Below, piece after piece: positions 56,809 to 64,000 of a DNA stretch of 64,000 nt (positions are counted from its first letter, which is position 1; every line of letters begins with the position of its first letter). A program made the position numbers and the translations under genes. The notes under the pieces are model-generated. The model was not told where the DNA came from. It saw only the letters and a list, made by a program, of their open reading frames with translations, and searched no databases. This stretch comes from Thermodesulfovibrionales bacterium (GTDB lineage: Bacteria; Nitrospirota; Thermodesulfovibrionia; Thermodesulfovibrionales; UBA1546), in the NCBI GenBank assembly GCA_049302185.1, contig JBAQLV010000010.1, positions 38,742 to 102,741 on the forward strand, given 5' to 3'.

Positions 56809-56960
56809 ATTGATTTTCAGTTAAACTTCAATTTATCCCTTTTCTGCCTGCAATGCGCGGCTAACGTTCCCAGCATACCCGACGTTTTTCCGTAGCGAAG
56901 CGAAGGAAAAATGTGCCGAAGGCCGAGAGCCTGAGCAGAGCGCGAAGTGGGTATGCTGTG

Positions 56961-58071
56961 TTAGGCGATGGGCAGAGCACCATTTTTTGTTCTCTTGATC
57001 TTCAATCCCACGTCTTTTTTCCGTCGTAGCTAAGAATGTTGAAGATGTAAACTCGCTTTATTCTAAGTTTCCTTTACCTATATTACAGTTTGAACAAAGA
57101 GTTTTAAGATTTTCAAAAGTAGTTTCACCATCTTTTGACCAGGGTATTATATGATCAACATGTAATATTATTTTAGGGTCAGTCGCCGGAGATCTGCCAC
57201 AGTATCGGCACTTAAAATTATCTCTTCTCATTACCTTAAATCTAAGTCTATCATTGACTTCCCTTTTAGTTTGATGTGTATTCATTAGTTTTTGTGATGA
57301 TTTTGGTCTCTTGGCTGATGGTGTTTTATCTGCAAACCCAGAAACTAATTCTTCATTGGGATATTCTATAATTGTTGCTTGAGGTAATATGCCCTCTTTA
57401 ATAATTATAGAATTTTCACCCTCAATTGTTGTTTCTTCTTCTTTATTGACATACTCAATAAATCGCTCAAGTGATTTCCGCCAAGTACCAAAATTATGCA
57501 CATAACCACTTCCTGAATATTTAGAAAACGGTATTCGCATATCAGAAAAATGTGGTTGCCTACCGAGTTTTATCCAAACTTCTTCTAAATTTTTAAAATA
57601 CTCCTCATCCGATATACTTGGATGTTCTCTTCTTTTTAAACCGGTTTTTTCTTTTGCTTTTATCCAAGAACCAAATCTATACTCAAGTGTTGAACTATGA
57701 AATTTCCCATGCCGGTTATATTCATCTCTAGTAATTGAATCATTTTTTAACTTAAAAGAAACCCGTTGTAAGTCTGCAATTAATTCTGCATCTTTTATAA
57801 TATTTTTTGTTCTACTTTTTCCGCTTTTTAAACCTGCTTTCGCCAAAGCGTTAGACCAAGAGCCAAATCTGTTATAAAATATGGTAACTCCAAATTTACC
57901 ATGCTTTTTATATTCCCGTTGGGTTAATGAATCTGTTTTTAACTCGGAAGCGACATGTTTTAAGTCCGCAATTAATTCTTTATCTGCAATATGTCTGTTA
58001 AATTTATCTAACTCAAATTTAATCATATTTACTCAACTCTTTTTTATTTTGGTGCTCTGCCTTTCGCCTAA
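56961..58071 (-). mobile_element. HNH endonuclease cassette bounded by 22-bp imperfect inverted repeats
   Basis: TTAGGCGATGGGCAGAGCACCA (56961-56982) matches the reverse complement of 58050-58071 at 20/22. The interior is AT-rich. Confidence 0.35.
57058..58026 (-). CDS. HNH endonuclease with three N-terminal homing-endonuclease-associated repeats
   Basis: 322 aa with three copies of LIADL..V...L..DS(L/I)T..EY..HGKF......RFGSW..A. The C-terminus reads CRYCG...HVDHIIPWSKDG...NLKTLCSNCN. Confidence 0.85.
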   Translation of the reverse strand: MIKFELDKFNRHIADKELIADLKHVASELKTDSLTQREYKKHGKFGVTIFYNRFGSWSNALAKAGLKSGKSRTKNIIKDAELIADLQRVSFKLKNDSITRDEYNRHGKFHSSTLEYRFGSWIKAKEKTGLKRREHPSISDEEYFKNLEEVWIKLGRQPHFSDMRIPFSKYSGSGYVHNFGTWRKSLERFIEYVNKEEETTIEGENSIIIKEGILPQATIIEYPNEELVSGFADKTPSAKRPKSSQKLMNTHQTKREVNDRLRFKVMRRDNFKCRYCGRSPATDPKIILHVDHIIPWSKDGETTFENLKTLCSNCNIGKGNLE

Positions 58072-58189
58072 CTACTTCATAGACGACTTATGTCGCTTTT
58101 TGTCCCGATTTGGGATGTTAGACGACATATGGCGGATATGCTGCGTCTGGCAGATACCCGCTTCCCTTCCTTTTTATTGCCAATAAATG

Positions 58190-58435
58190 TCAAGCATCAC
58201 CTCCCTTTGCGATACTTAAGCTGTCTAACGGACTCTGTATTTTACCTAAACTCTTTGTGCTTACATGCGTATAAATCTCAGTTGTCTTGCTATGTGCGTG
58301 TCCAAGCAACTCTTGTATATATCGTAAATCCACACCACTTTCAAGAAGATGTGTAGCGAAGCTGTGGCGTAGTGTATGTGAAGAGTTTTTGCTGACTGTA
58401 ATTATCCCATTAATAATATCTCCTGAAAATTCGAT
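58190..58435 (-). pseudogene. Tyrosine recombinase C-terminal fragment
   Basis: The minus strand reads [42 protein letters not shown] (R-H-R-Y box II region with the catalytic Tyr). The open frame starts right after a stop, with no N-terminal or core domain. Confidence 0.75.
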
Positions 58436-58540
58436 TTAGTAGATAATATATTCCCCAAATCCTTTATTGTCAATTGAAAATCTCCCTCTGTTTCTACCAA
58501 TTTAGAAATGTCCGGTTTTATGTTATTGCTCAATGCGGTT

Positions 58541-58631
58541 GTCATTCCCGCGTGTCGGGAATCTTTCTTTCCCGCACTCAGGCGTGTTCGCTGTGGCAAC
58601 AAAGAAAGATGCTGGACAAGCCAGCATGACA
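58541..58631. repeat. Family A hairpin units
   Basis: gtcattcccgcgtgtcgggaatc ... gatgctggacaagccagcatgaca, upstream of ilvB. Confidence 0.8.
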
Positions 58632-58737
58632 GACAGGGGAGGGGTAAGATATAAATAAAAACATCAGGTTAATGCAAGAATTTATGGACATTTTCATAAT
58701 CTTTTGTGGTAAAATTATTTAAATTTTAAAAGGAGCT

Positions 58738-60480
58738 GTGTGCGATATGAAGATTTCAGGCTCAGAGATATTAATTGAATGTCTGAAAAAGGAAGGGGTT
58801 AAGTATATCTTCGGCTATCCCGGAGGCGTTGTGCTGAACATCTTTGACTCCCTTTATGACAATAAGGATTTACGTCTGATTCTCACAAGGCACGAACAGG
58901 GTGCTGTTCATGCGGCAGACGGTTATGCGAGGTCATCTGGAAAAGTTGGCGTTGCTCTTGTGACATCAGGCCCCGGAGCGACAAATACAGTTACAGGCAT
59001 TGCTACTGCCTCAATGGATTCCATACCGCTTGTTGTGTTTTCAGGGCAGGTGCCGACAATGCTTATCGGCAATGATGCATTTCAGGAGGCTGATATAGTA
59101 GGCATAACAAGGCCATGCACAAAATATAACTACCTTGTTAAGGATGTGAATGACCTTGCGAGGATAGTGAAAGAGGCATTTTATATAGCGTCTTCAGGCA
59201 GGCCGGGCCCTGTGCTTATAGACCTTCCGAAAGATGTAACTGTAGGAAAAGCTGATTTTGTCTGGCCTGAACTTGACATAAGGAGCTACAAACCCACTTA
59301 CGAAGGCAATAAGTGGATGATTACGCAGGGCGCGCATCTCATAGCAAAATCAAAGAAACCTGTGATAATTGCCGGAGGAGGTGTGATACTCTCAGGAGCT
59401 GCCAAAGAACTCAGAGAGTTCGCAGAGCATACTGACATCCCTGTGACTATGACACTTATGGGGCTTGGAGGATTTCCGGGTTCGCATAAACTTTCCCTCG
59501 GCATGCTTGGAATGCACGGGACTTATTATGCCAACAAGGCAGTTCAGGATTCAGACCTTATTATTGCCGTAGGAATGCGCTTTGATGACAGGGTGACAGG
59601 CAAGGTTGATGCATTCGCGCCTAATGCAAAGATAATTCACATAGACATTGACCCGACATCAATAAAAAAGAATGTGAGAGTTGATGTTCCTGTAGTGGGT
59701 GACGTTAAGAAAGTTCTGGCAGTGATGAATAAGGTGCTGAAAGAGGAAGTGAAAGAACAGTGGGGCGAGGTCAGAAAGGCATGGCTCAAGCAGATAGATG
59801 CATGGCGCGCAGAAAGGCCTCAGACTTATACTCACAGCGATGAGATTATAAAACCGCAGTTTGTTGTTGAGAAGATATATGAGCTTACAAAGGGAGATGC
59901 GATTATAACAACAGAGGTAGGGCAGAACCAGATGTGGACAGCTCAGTTTTATAAATTTGATAAACCGAGAACACTTCTGACATCAGGCGGGCTCGGCACC
60001 ATGGGTTATGGTTTCCCCGCTGCTATCGGCGCGCAGTTCGCACATCCTGAAAAACTTGTTATCGATATTGCAGGCGATGGGAGCATACAGATGAACATAC
60101 AGGAGCTTGCCACAGCTGTTATAAATAAGCTTCCCGTTAAGGTAGCCATACTCAACAACGGATACCTCGGGATGGTAAGACAGTGGCAGGAACTGTTCTT
60201 TGATGAAAGATATTCCCATACCAAGCTTGATGAGAGCGTACCTGACTTTGTAAAGATTGCCGAGGCATACGGCGCTGTGGGATTAAGGGCAACAAAACCG
60301 AGCGAGGTTGAACCTGTGCTTAAAGAGGCTTTCAGGATAAAGAAGACTGTGTTTATGGATTTTGTTGTTGACTGGAAGGAAAATGTTTATCCGATAGTTC
60401 CTCCAGGCGCAGCAATAGACCATATGCTTTTTGAACCGGCAGAAAAAAAGGCCGAAAAGAAATTAAAGTCAGTGAAATAA
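58738..60480 (+). CDS. ilvB: Acetolactate synthase, large subunit (biosynthetic type)
   Basis: 580 aa with a ThDP motif [16 protein letters not shown]...GDGS...NN. The true start may be the ATG at 58747. Confidence 0.95.
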   Translation: MCDMKISGSEILIECLKKEGVKYIFGYPGGVVLNIFDSLYDNKDLRLILTRHEQGAVHAADGYARSSGKVGVALVTSGPGATNTVTGIATASMDSIPLVVFSGQVPTMLIGNDAFQEADIVGITRPCTKYNYLVKDVNDLARIVKEAFYIASSGRPGPVLIDLPKDVTVGKADFVWPELDIRSYKPTYEGNKWMITQGAHLIAKSKKPVIIAGGGVILSGAAKELREFAEHTDIPVTMTLMGLGGFPGSHKLSLGMLGMHGTYYANKAVQDSDLIIAVGMRFDDRVTGKVDAFAPNAKIIHIDIDPTSIKKNVRVDVPVVGDVKKVLAVMNKVLKEEVKEQWGEVRKAWLKQIDAWRAERPQTYTHSDEIIKPQFVVEKIYELTKGDAIITTEVGQNQMWTAQFYKFDKPRTLLTSGGLGTMGYGFPAAIGAQFAHPEKLVIDIAGDGSIQMNIQELATAVINKLPVKVAILNNGYLGMVRQWQELFFDERYSHTKLDESVPDFVKIAEAYGAVGLRATKPSEVEPVLKEAFRIKKTVFMDFVVDWKENVYPIVPPGAAIDHMLFEPAEKKAEKKLKSVK

Positions 60481-60495
60481 ATCTGAGGTGAAGGA

Positions 60496-60981
60496 ATGAG
60501 ACATACTATCTCTGTTCTTGTTGAAAATAAATTCGGTGTGCTTTCAAGGGTATCAGGGCTTTTCAGCGGAAGAGGCTATAACATTGAAAGCCTCTCAGTT
60601 GGAGAGACTATTGACCCTCAGATTTCTGTTATGACAATAGTAACAACCGGGGATGACTCGGTTATTGAGCAGATTACGAAACAGCTCAATAAGCTTATTG
60701 ATGTCATAAAAGTCACTGACATGACAGAGCTTGACCATGTTGAGCGTGAAATGGTGCTCATAAAAGTATCTCCGAGACAGCAGGACAAGGCAGAGGTGTT
60801 AAATCTGACCGAGATATTCAGGGGAAGGATTGTGGATTCAAGCCAGAAGACATATACGATAGAAATCACTGGCGATGAAAAGAAGATAGAGGCGTTTGTG
60901 GAGCTTATGCGTCCTATGGGTATTAAGGAATTTGTAAGGACAGGCAAGGTAGCTATAACAAGAGAAGGCGTAAAGAAGTAA
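60496..60981 (+). CDS. ilvN: Acetolactate synthase, small (regulatory) subunit
   Basis: 161 aa with ACT domain N-terminus HTISVLVENKFGVLSRVSGLFSGRGYNIESL. Confidence 0.93.
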   Translation: MRHTISVLVENKFGVLSRVSGLFSGRGYNIESLSVGETIDPQISVMTIVTTGDDSVIEQITKQLNKLIDVIKVTDMTELDHVEREMVLIKVSPRQQDKAEVLNLTEIFRGRIVDSSQKTYTIEITGDEKKIEAFVELMRPMGIKEFVRTGKVAITREGVKK

Positions 60982-61047
60982 GGTAAATATCCTTTATAGC
61001 AGGCAAAATGGGGAAAGTGCATATATCAAATTAAAAGGAGGAGAGTT

Positions 61048-61680
61048 ATGCGGATATTGGTCATCTTTTTAACTCTAATCGTCTTATCACTGGGTAGTCT
61101 AATCCCGCAGGCAAAGGCAAGTGTGGATATAGGGGTATCCATCGGAGATGAAGGATTAAGAGGGTTTTATCTTGCGGTTGGAGATTACTACAGAGTACCG
61201 CAAAGAGAAGTAGTAATTATTAGAGAAAGGGGTATGCCTTACGAGGAATTACCTGTTGTCTATTTTATTGCCGGCAGGGCTCGCGTTGCGCCTGAAATAA
61301 TAGTAAACCTTAGACTCGGGGGTATGTCATGGATGGATATTACACTCCGTTATGGTTTGTCTCCGGAGATATTCTATGTGCCTGTTAGAGTGGGGCCGCC
61401 TTACGGAAAGGCATATGGCTATTATATGAATAAGCCTAAAAAAGAGTGGAAAAAAATAGTTTTCAAAGATAGCGACATCATAAACCTTGTGAATCTAAAG
61501 TTTACATCAGAACACTACAAATATTCGCCTAATGAAGTAATAAAGATGAGAGAGAAGGGTAAAAACTTTGTAGTAATTAATGATGAAATTAAAAAAGGGA
61601 AGAAAGAGCACAAGGTGAAAGACAAAAGACAGGAAAAAGAAAAACATAAAGGAAAAGGCAAAGATAAGGATAAAGATTAA
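61048..61680 (+). CDS. Secreted hypothetical protein with a Lys-rich tail
   Basis: 210 aa with a strong RBS AAGGAGG, a signal peptide ending AKA|S, and a C-terminal KKGKKEHKVKDKRQEKEKHKGKGKDKDKD. Confidence 0.6.
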   Translation: MRILVIFLTLIVLSLGSLIPQAKASVDIGVSIGDEGLRGFYLAVGDYYRVPQREVVIIRERGMPYEELPVVYFIAGRARVAPEIIVNLRLGGMSWMDITLRYGLSPEIFYVPVRVGPPYGKAYGYYMNKPKKEWKKIVFKDSDIINLVNLKFTSEHYKYSPNEVIKMREKGKNFVVINDEIKKGKKEHKVKDKRQEKEKHKGKGKDKDKD

Positions 61681-61712
61681 TAATTTATAAAAGTGAAGGG
61701 AGGGTGAAAAAA

Positions 61713-62108
61713 ATGAAAATCCGGTTTATGAAACAGATTTCGTGGTATCTTGTCTTTGCAATGTTTATCATCGGGATTGCGCCTAAGGCTGATGCGGGCA
61801 TTGCGCCGTCAGAAATCATTGTCATGTCACAGGTTGACAGGACGGCTGACCTTGGAAAAATCCAGAAGGTTCTTGAGATGAAGATGGTCAGGGAAAGGCT
61901 TGAAAAACTGGGATACGCACAGGAAGAGATTAACAGCAGGCTTGCCCATCTCAGTGACCAGCAGATGCACAATCTGGCGCTCCAGATAGATGGGATTAAG
62001 GTTGGAGGCGATAGTGGTCTCGGTATAGTGATAGCTCTTCTTGTGATAGCCATACTTTTTGTGCTGTTGCTTTGGCTTATGGATCACAAAGTAGTAGTGA
62101 CAAAATAA
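61713..62108 (+). CDS. Small signal-peptide, tail-anchored protein with a juxtamembrane Gly-Gly (paralog 1)
   Basis: I place the start at ATG 61713 (MKIRFMKQISW, homologous to the paralog-2 start, with good RBS spacing). Features are APKADA|G, KVGGD, a hydrophobic helix and HKVVVTK. Confidence 0.7.
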   Translation: MKIRFMKQISWYLVFAMFIIGIAPKADAGIAPSEIIVMSQVDRTADLGKIQKVLEMKMVRERLEKLGYAQEEINSRLAHLSDQQMHNLALQIDGIKVGGDSGLGIVIALLVIAILFVLLLWLMDHKVVVTK

Positions 62109-62129
62109 AATTAAAGGAGGTGAATTAAA

Positions 62130-62519
62130 ATGAGGATACCTTTAATGAAACATTTGTCGTGGTACTTGATAGTTGCAATGTTCATCATCGGGATTGCACC
62201 GAAGGCTGATGCGGGCATTGCGCCGTCTGAAATCATTGTCATGTCACAGGTTGACAGGACGGCTGACCTTGGAAAAATCCAGAAGGTTCTTGAAATGAAA
62301 ATGGTCAGAGAGAGGCTGGAGAAGTTAGGATTTGCTCAGGATGAAATACAGGGCAAGTTAGGCAGTCTCAGTGACCAGCAGATGCACAATCTGGCGCTCC
62401 AGATAGACGATATGAAGGTTGGAGGCGATCTCGGTATAGTGATAGCTCTTCTTGTGATAGCCATACTTGTTGTGCTGTTTATACAGCTTACAGGTCACAG
62501 AGTAGTAGTAACGAAATAG
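62130..62519 (+). CDS. Small signal-peptide, tail-anchored protein with a juxtamembrane Gly-Gly (paralog 2)
   Basis: 129 aa with RBS AAAGGAGGTG and the same architecture as paralog 1. Confidence 0.7.
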   Translation: MRIPLMKHLSWYLIVAMFIIGIAPKADAGIAPSEIIVMSQVDRTADLGKIQKVLEMKMVRERLEKLGFAQDEIQGKLGSLSDQQMHNLALQIDDMKVGGDLGIVIALLVIAILVVLFIQLTGHRVVVTK

Positions 62520-62520
62520 A

Positions 62521-63135
62521 ATGAGGCTAAAATTTCAGTCTGTAAACCCCGTTAGAAAATGGATTTCTAACGGGATAAATAAGCAGGCATGGATTATCTC
62601 CATGCCTGCTTATTTATTTCTTGCTCTTCTCACATTTTTCTTGCATTCATGCGCTGTTGTCAGCAATGGCAATATTCCTGAATCAAGACAAAACAGGATT
62701 GTCAGCAATGTTCCTTTCTACGCTCAAGAGGATTATCAGTGCGGGCCTGCATCTCTTGCAGGCGTTATGAATTACTGGAAGATAGATGTTACGCCTGATG
62801 ATATTGCAAAAGAAATATACAGCAAATCTGCGAAAGGCACCCTGAATATTGATATGGTAATTTATCCTCAGAAGAAGGGATTAACTGCAGAACAATATTC
62901 AGGGAATATGAGAGACCTGAAAAAAAATATAGATTCAGGTTATCCGCTTATTGTGCTTGTTGATTATGGTTTCTGGGCATTGCAGTCAAATCATTTCATG
63001 GTTGTTGTCGGGTATAATGAGGATGGAGTGATTGTAAATTCGGGAAAGGATAAGGGCAAGTTCATATCTGAAGAGGATTTTATAAAGACATGGGAAAAGA
63101 CAAAGTTCTGGACGCTGGTAATAAAAAGAAAGTGA
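62521..63135 (+). CDS. C39-like papain-fold cysteine peptidase, probable lipoprotein
   Basis: Catalytic-type QCGPASL and NHFMVVVGY, lipobox FLHSC. The start is ambiguous (62521, coupled to the upstream stop, or 62602). Confidence 0.72.
   Translation: MRLKFQSVNPVRKWISNGINKQAWIISMPAYLFLALLTFFLHSCAVVSNGNIPESRQNRIVSNVPFYAQEDYQCGPASLAGVMNYWKIDVTPDDIAKEIYSKSAKGTLNIDMVIYPQKKGLTAEQYSGNMRDLKKNIDSGYPLIVLVDYGFWALQSNHFMVVVGYNEDGVIVNSGKDKGKFISEEDFIKTWEKTKFWTLVIKRK
62548..62615 (+). promoter_or_regulatory. Two consecutive strong hairpins at the small-protein/peptidase junction
   Basis: An 11-bp stem at 62548-62574 (a copy of the 16530 hairpin). A 16-bp perfect stem at 62577-62592 / 62600-62615, followed by a T-rich tract. 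The internal ATG at 62602 lies in the 3' arm. Confidence 0.6.
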
Positions 63136-63209
63136 GAAGTGGGAAGTGAGAACCAAGAAAAAAAACATCTATTTCTTACTTCTTACTTCCTACTTCCTAC
63201 TTCTAAGTT
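63130..63209. repeat. Inverted pair of heptamer arrays (AAGTGAG AAGTGGG AAGTGAG ... CTTACTT x2 CCTACTT x2 CTAAGTT)
   Basis: It spans the peptidase stop and the TPR start. The second array encodes the TPR protein signal peptide YFLLLTSYFLLLSS. Confidence 0.9.
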
Positions 63210-63610
63210 CATGTGCCATGCCAAAGATAATTATCCTTGATGATCCGCTGAGCCCGGAGGAGCACATAAACCTCGGGGTTGCATACGAGAAACAAGGAGA
63301 TATTGATAATGCATTGAAGGAATACAGGCTTGCATCAAAAAAACTTCCTCTGGCGTATCTTTATATGGGGAATATATATTTCCAGAAAAATGATCTCGAT
63401 GAGGCTGAATCAGCGTATAAAAAGGCGATTAAAAAGGCTCCTGACAATTCAGACGCATACAATAATCTTGCTTGGCTTTATTACACAAAGAAAGAAAATC
63501 TTGCTGAGGCAGAGTATCTCGCTCTTAAGGCAATAGAGCTTAATCCTTCAAAGAAGGAAATTTATCAGGACACGCTTGAGAAGATTAGAGAATTGAAGGG
63601 TCGGAAGTGA
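63146..63610 (+). CDS. TPR-repeat lipoprotein
   Basis: 154 aa with lipobox LLSSC and three TPR units (NLGVAYEKQGDIDNALKEY, GNIYFQKNDLDEAESAYKKAI, NNLAWLYY). GTG start. Confidence 0.8.
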   Translation: MRTKKKNIYFLLLTSYFLLLSSCAMPKIIILDDPLSPEEHINLGVAYEKQGDIDNALKEYRLASKKLPLAYLYMGNIYFQKNDLDEAESAYKKAIKKAPDNSDAYNNLAWLYYTKKENLAEAEYLALKAIELNPSKKEIYQDTLEKIRELKGRK

Positions 63611-64000
63611 GAGAGAAAAGTCTGTTTATATCAAAAAACTTTTTTGACGAAATGATTTCCCATTGCAGGGATATATATCCGAATGAGGCATGTGGTATTC
63701 TGGCAGGAAAAGGGAGCGAGATTCTTAAGGTTTATAAGATGGCTAATATTGAAAAGTCTCCTGTGAGTTACGAATTTGATTCAAGAGAGCATATCAAAGC
63801 CATAAGAGACATGCGAGAGAACAACCACACAATGCTTGCGATATTTCATTCGCATCCGTCCTCTCCGGCTTATCCGTCTGCAAAGGACATGAACCTTGCA
63901 TTTTATGAAGACTGCATATATGTCATTGTCAGCCTTATTGAGAAACAGCTCGGTTGCGAGTCGAAGCGACCTGTTGTAAAGGGTTTTTTGATAAGGGAAG
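63607..64000 (+). CDS. JAMM/MPN-domain metalloprotease (partial, runs off the window)
   Basis: GTG start in a GTGA overlap with the TPR stop. It has EACGIL and the JAMM motif HSHPSSPAYPSAKD. Confidence 0.8.
   Translation, partial: MREKSLFISKNFFDEMISHCRDIYPNEACGILAGKGSEILKVYKMANIEKSPVSYEFDSREHIKAIRDMRENNHTMLAIFHSHPSSPAYPSAKDMNLAFYEDCIYVIVSLIEKQLGCESKRPVVKGFLIRE

Overview
64-kb chromosomal window from a moderately AT-rich bacterium. It is probably an uncultivated anaerobe, judging by the hydrogenase-maturation hyp genes and sigma-54 regulators. Lineage cannot be assigned from sequence alone, and no database search was possible, so all functions rest on motifs I recognise. I support about 60 real genes, mostly housekeeping:
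- Transport: copA, a MacAB-like exporter and a DrrAB-like exporter.
- Central metabolism: tkt, a phosphohexomutase, mtnP, apt, hisH, folK, a DapL-type aminotransferase, nnr, pgeF, tsaE, nadK, a family-4 UDG, ubiX, glgB, hemH-hemY, ilvD, ilvBN.
- Hydrogenase maturation: hypA-B-F-D-E, with no hypC.
- RNA genes: tRNA-Asn and tRNA-Pro.

The small accessory islets are:
- A ParE-type TA pair (2.9-3.4 kb).
- An AT-rich methyltransferase gene next to an integrase remnant (8.1-9.1 kb).
- A HEPN-like ORF, a RAYT-type Y1 transposase with perfect 17-bp inverted repeats, and lipoprotein genes (30.9-33.7 kb).
- A BrnT/CopG-like TA pair and a truncated four-helix-bundle gene fused onto a decaying sensor kinase (49.4-51.5 kb).
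- An HNH-endonuclease cassette and an integrase remnant wedged between ilvD and ilvB (56.5-58.7 kb).

Three things stand out.
1. An envelope operon at 61.0-64.0 kb. It has two tandem signal-peptide, tail-anchored small proteins carrying a juxtamembrane Gly-Gly site. These are followed by a lipoprotein C39-like cysteine peptidase, a TPR lipoprotein and a JAMM protease. This is my best candidate for an uncharacterised system.
2. A GC-rich palindromic mini-element inserted in frame in four conserved enzymes (HypF, Nnr, UDG, HemH).
3. A pervasive family of imperfect heptamer tandem arrays (AGTNANN-like). They sit at gene boundaries and in frame inside genes, alongside several REP/MITE-like hairpin families.

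Many ORFs in the supplied track are antisense shadows or translations of repeats and were not called.
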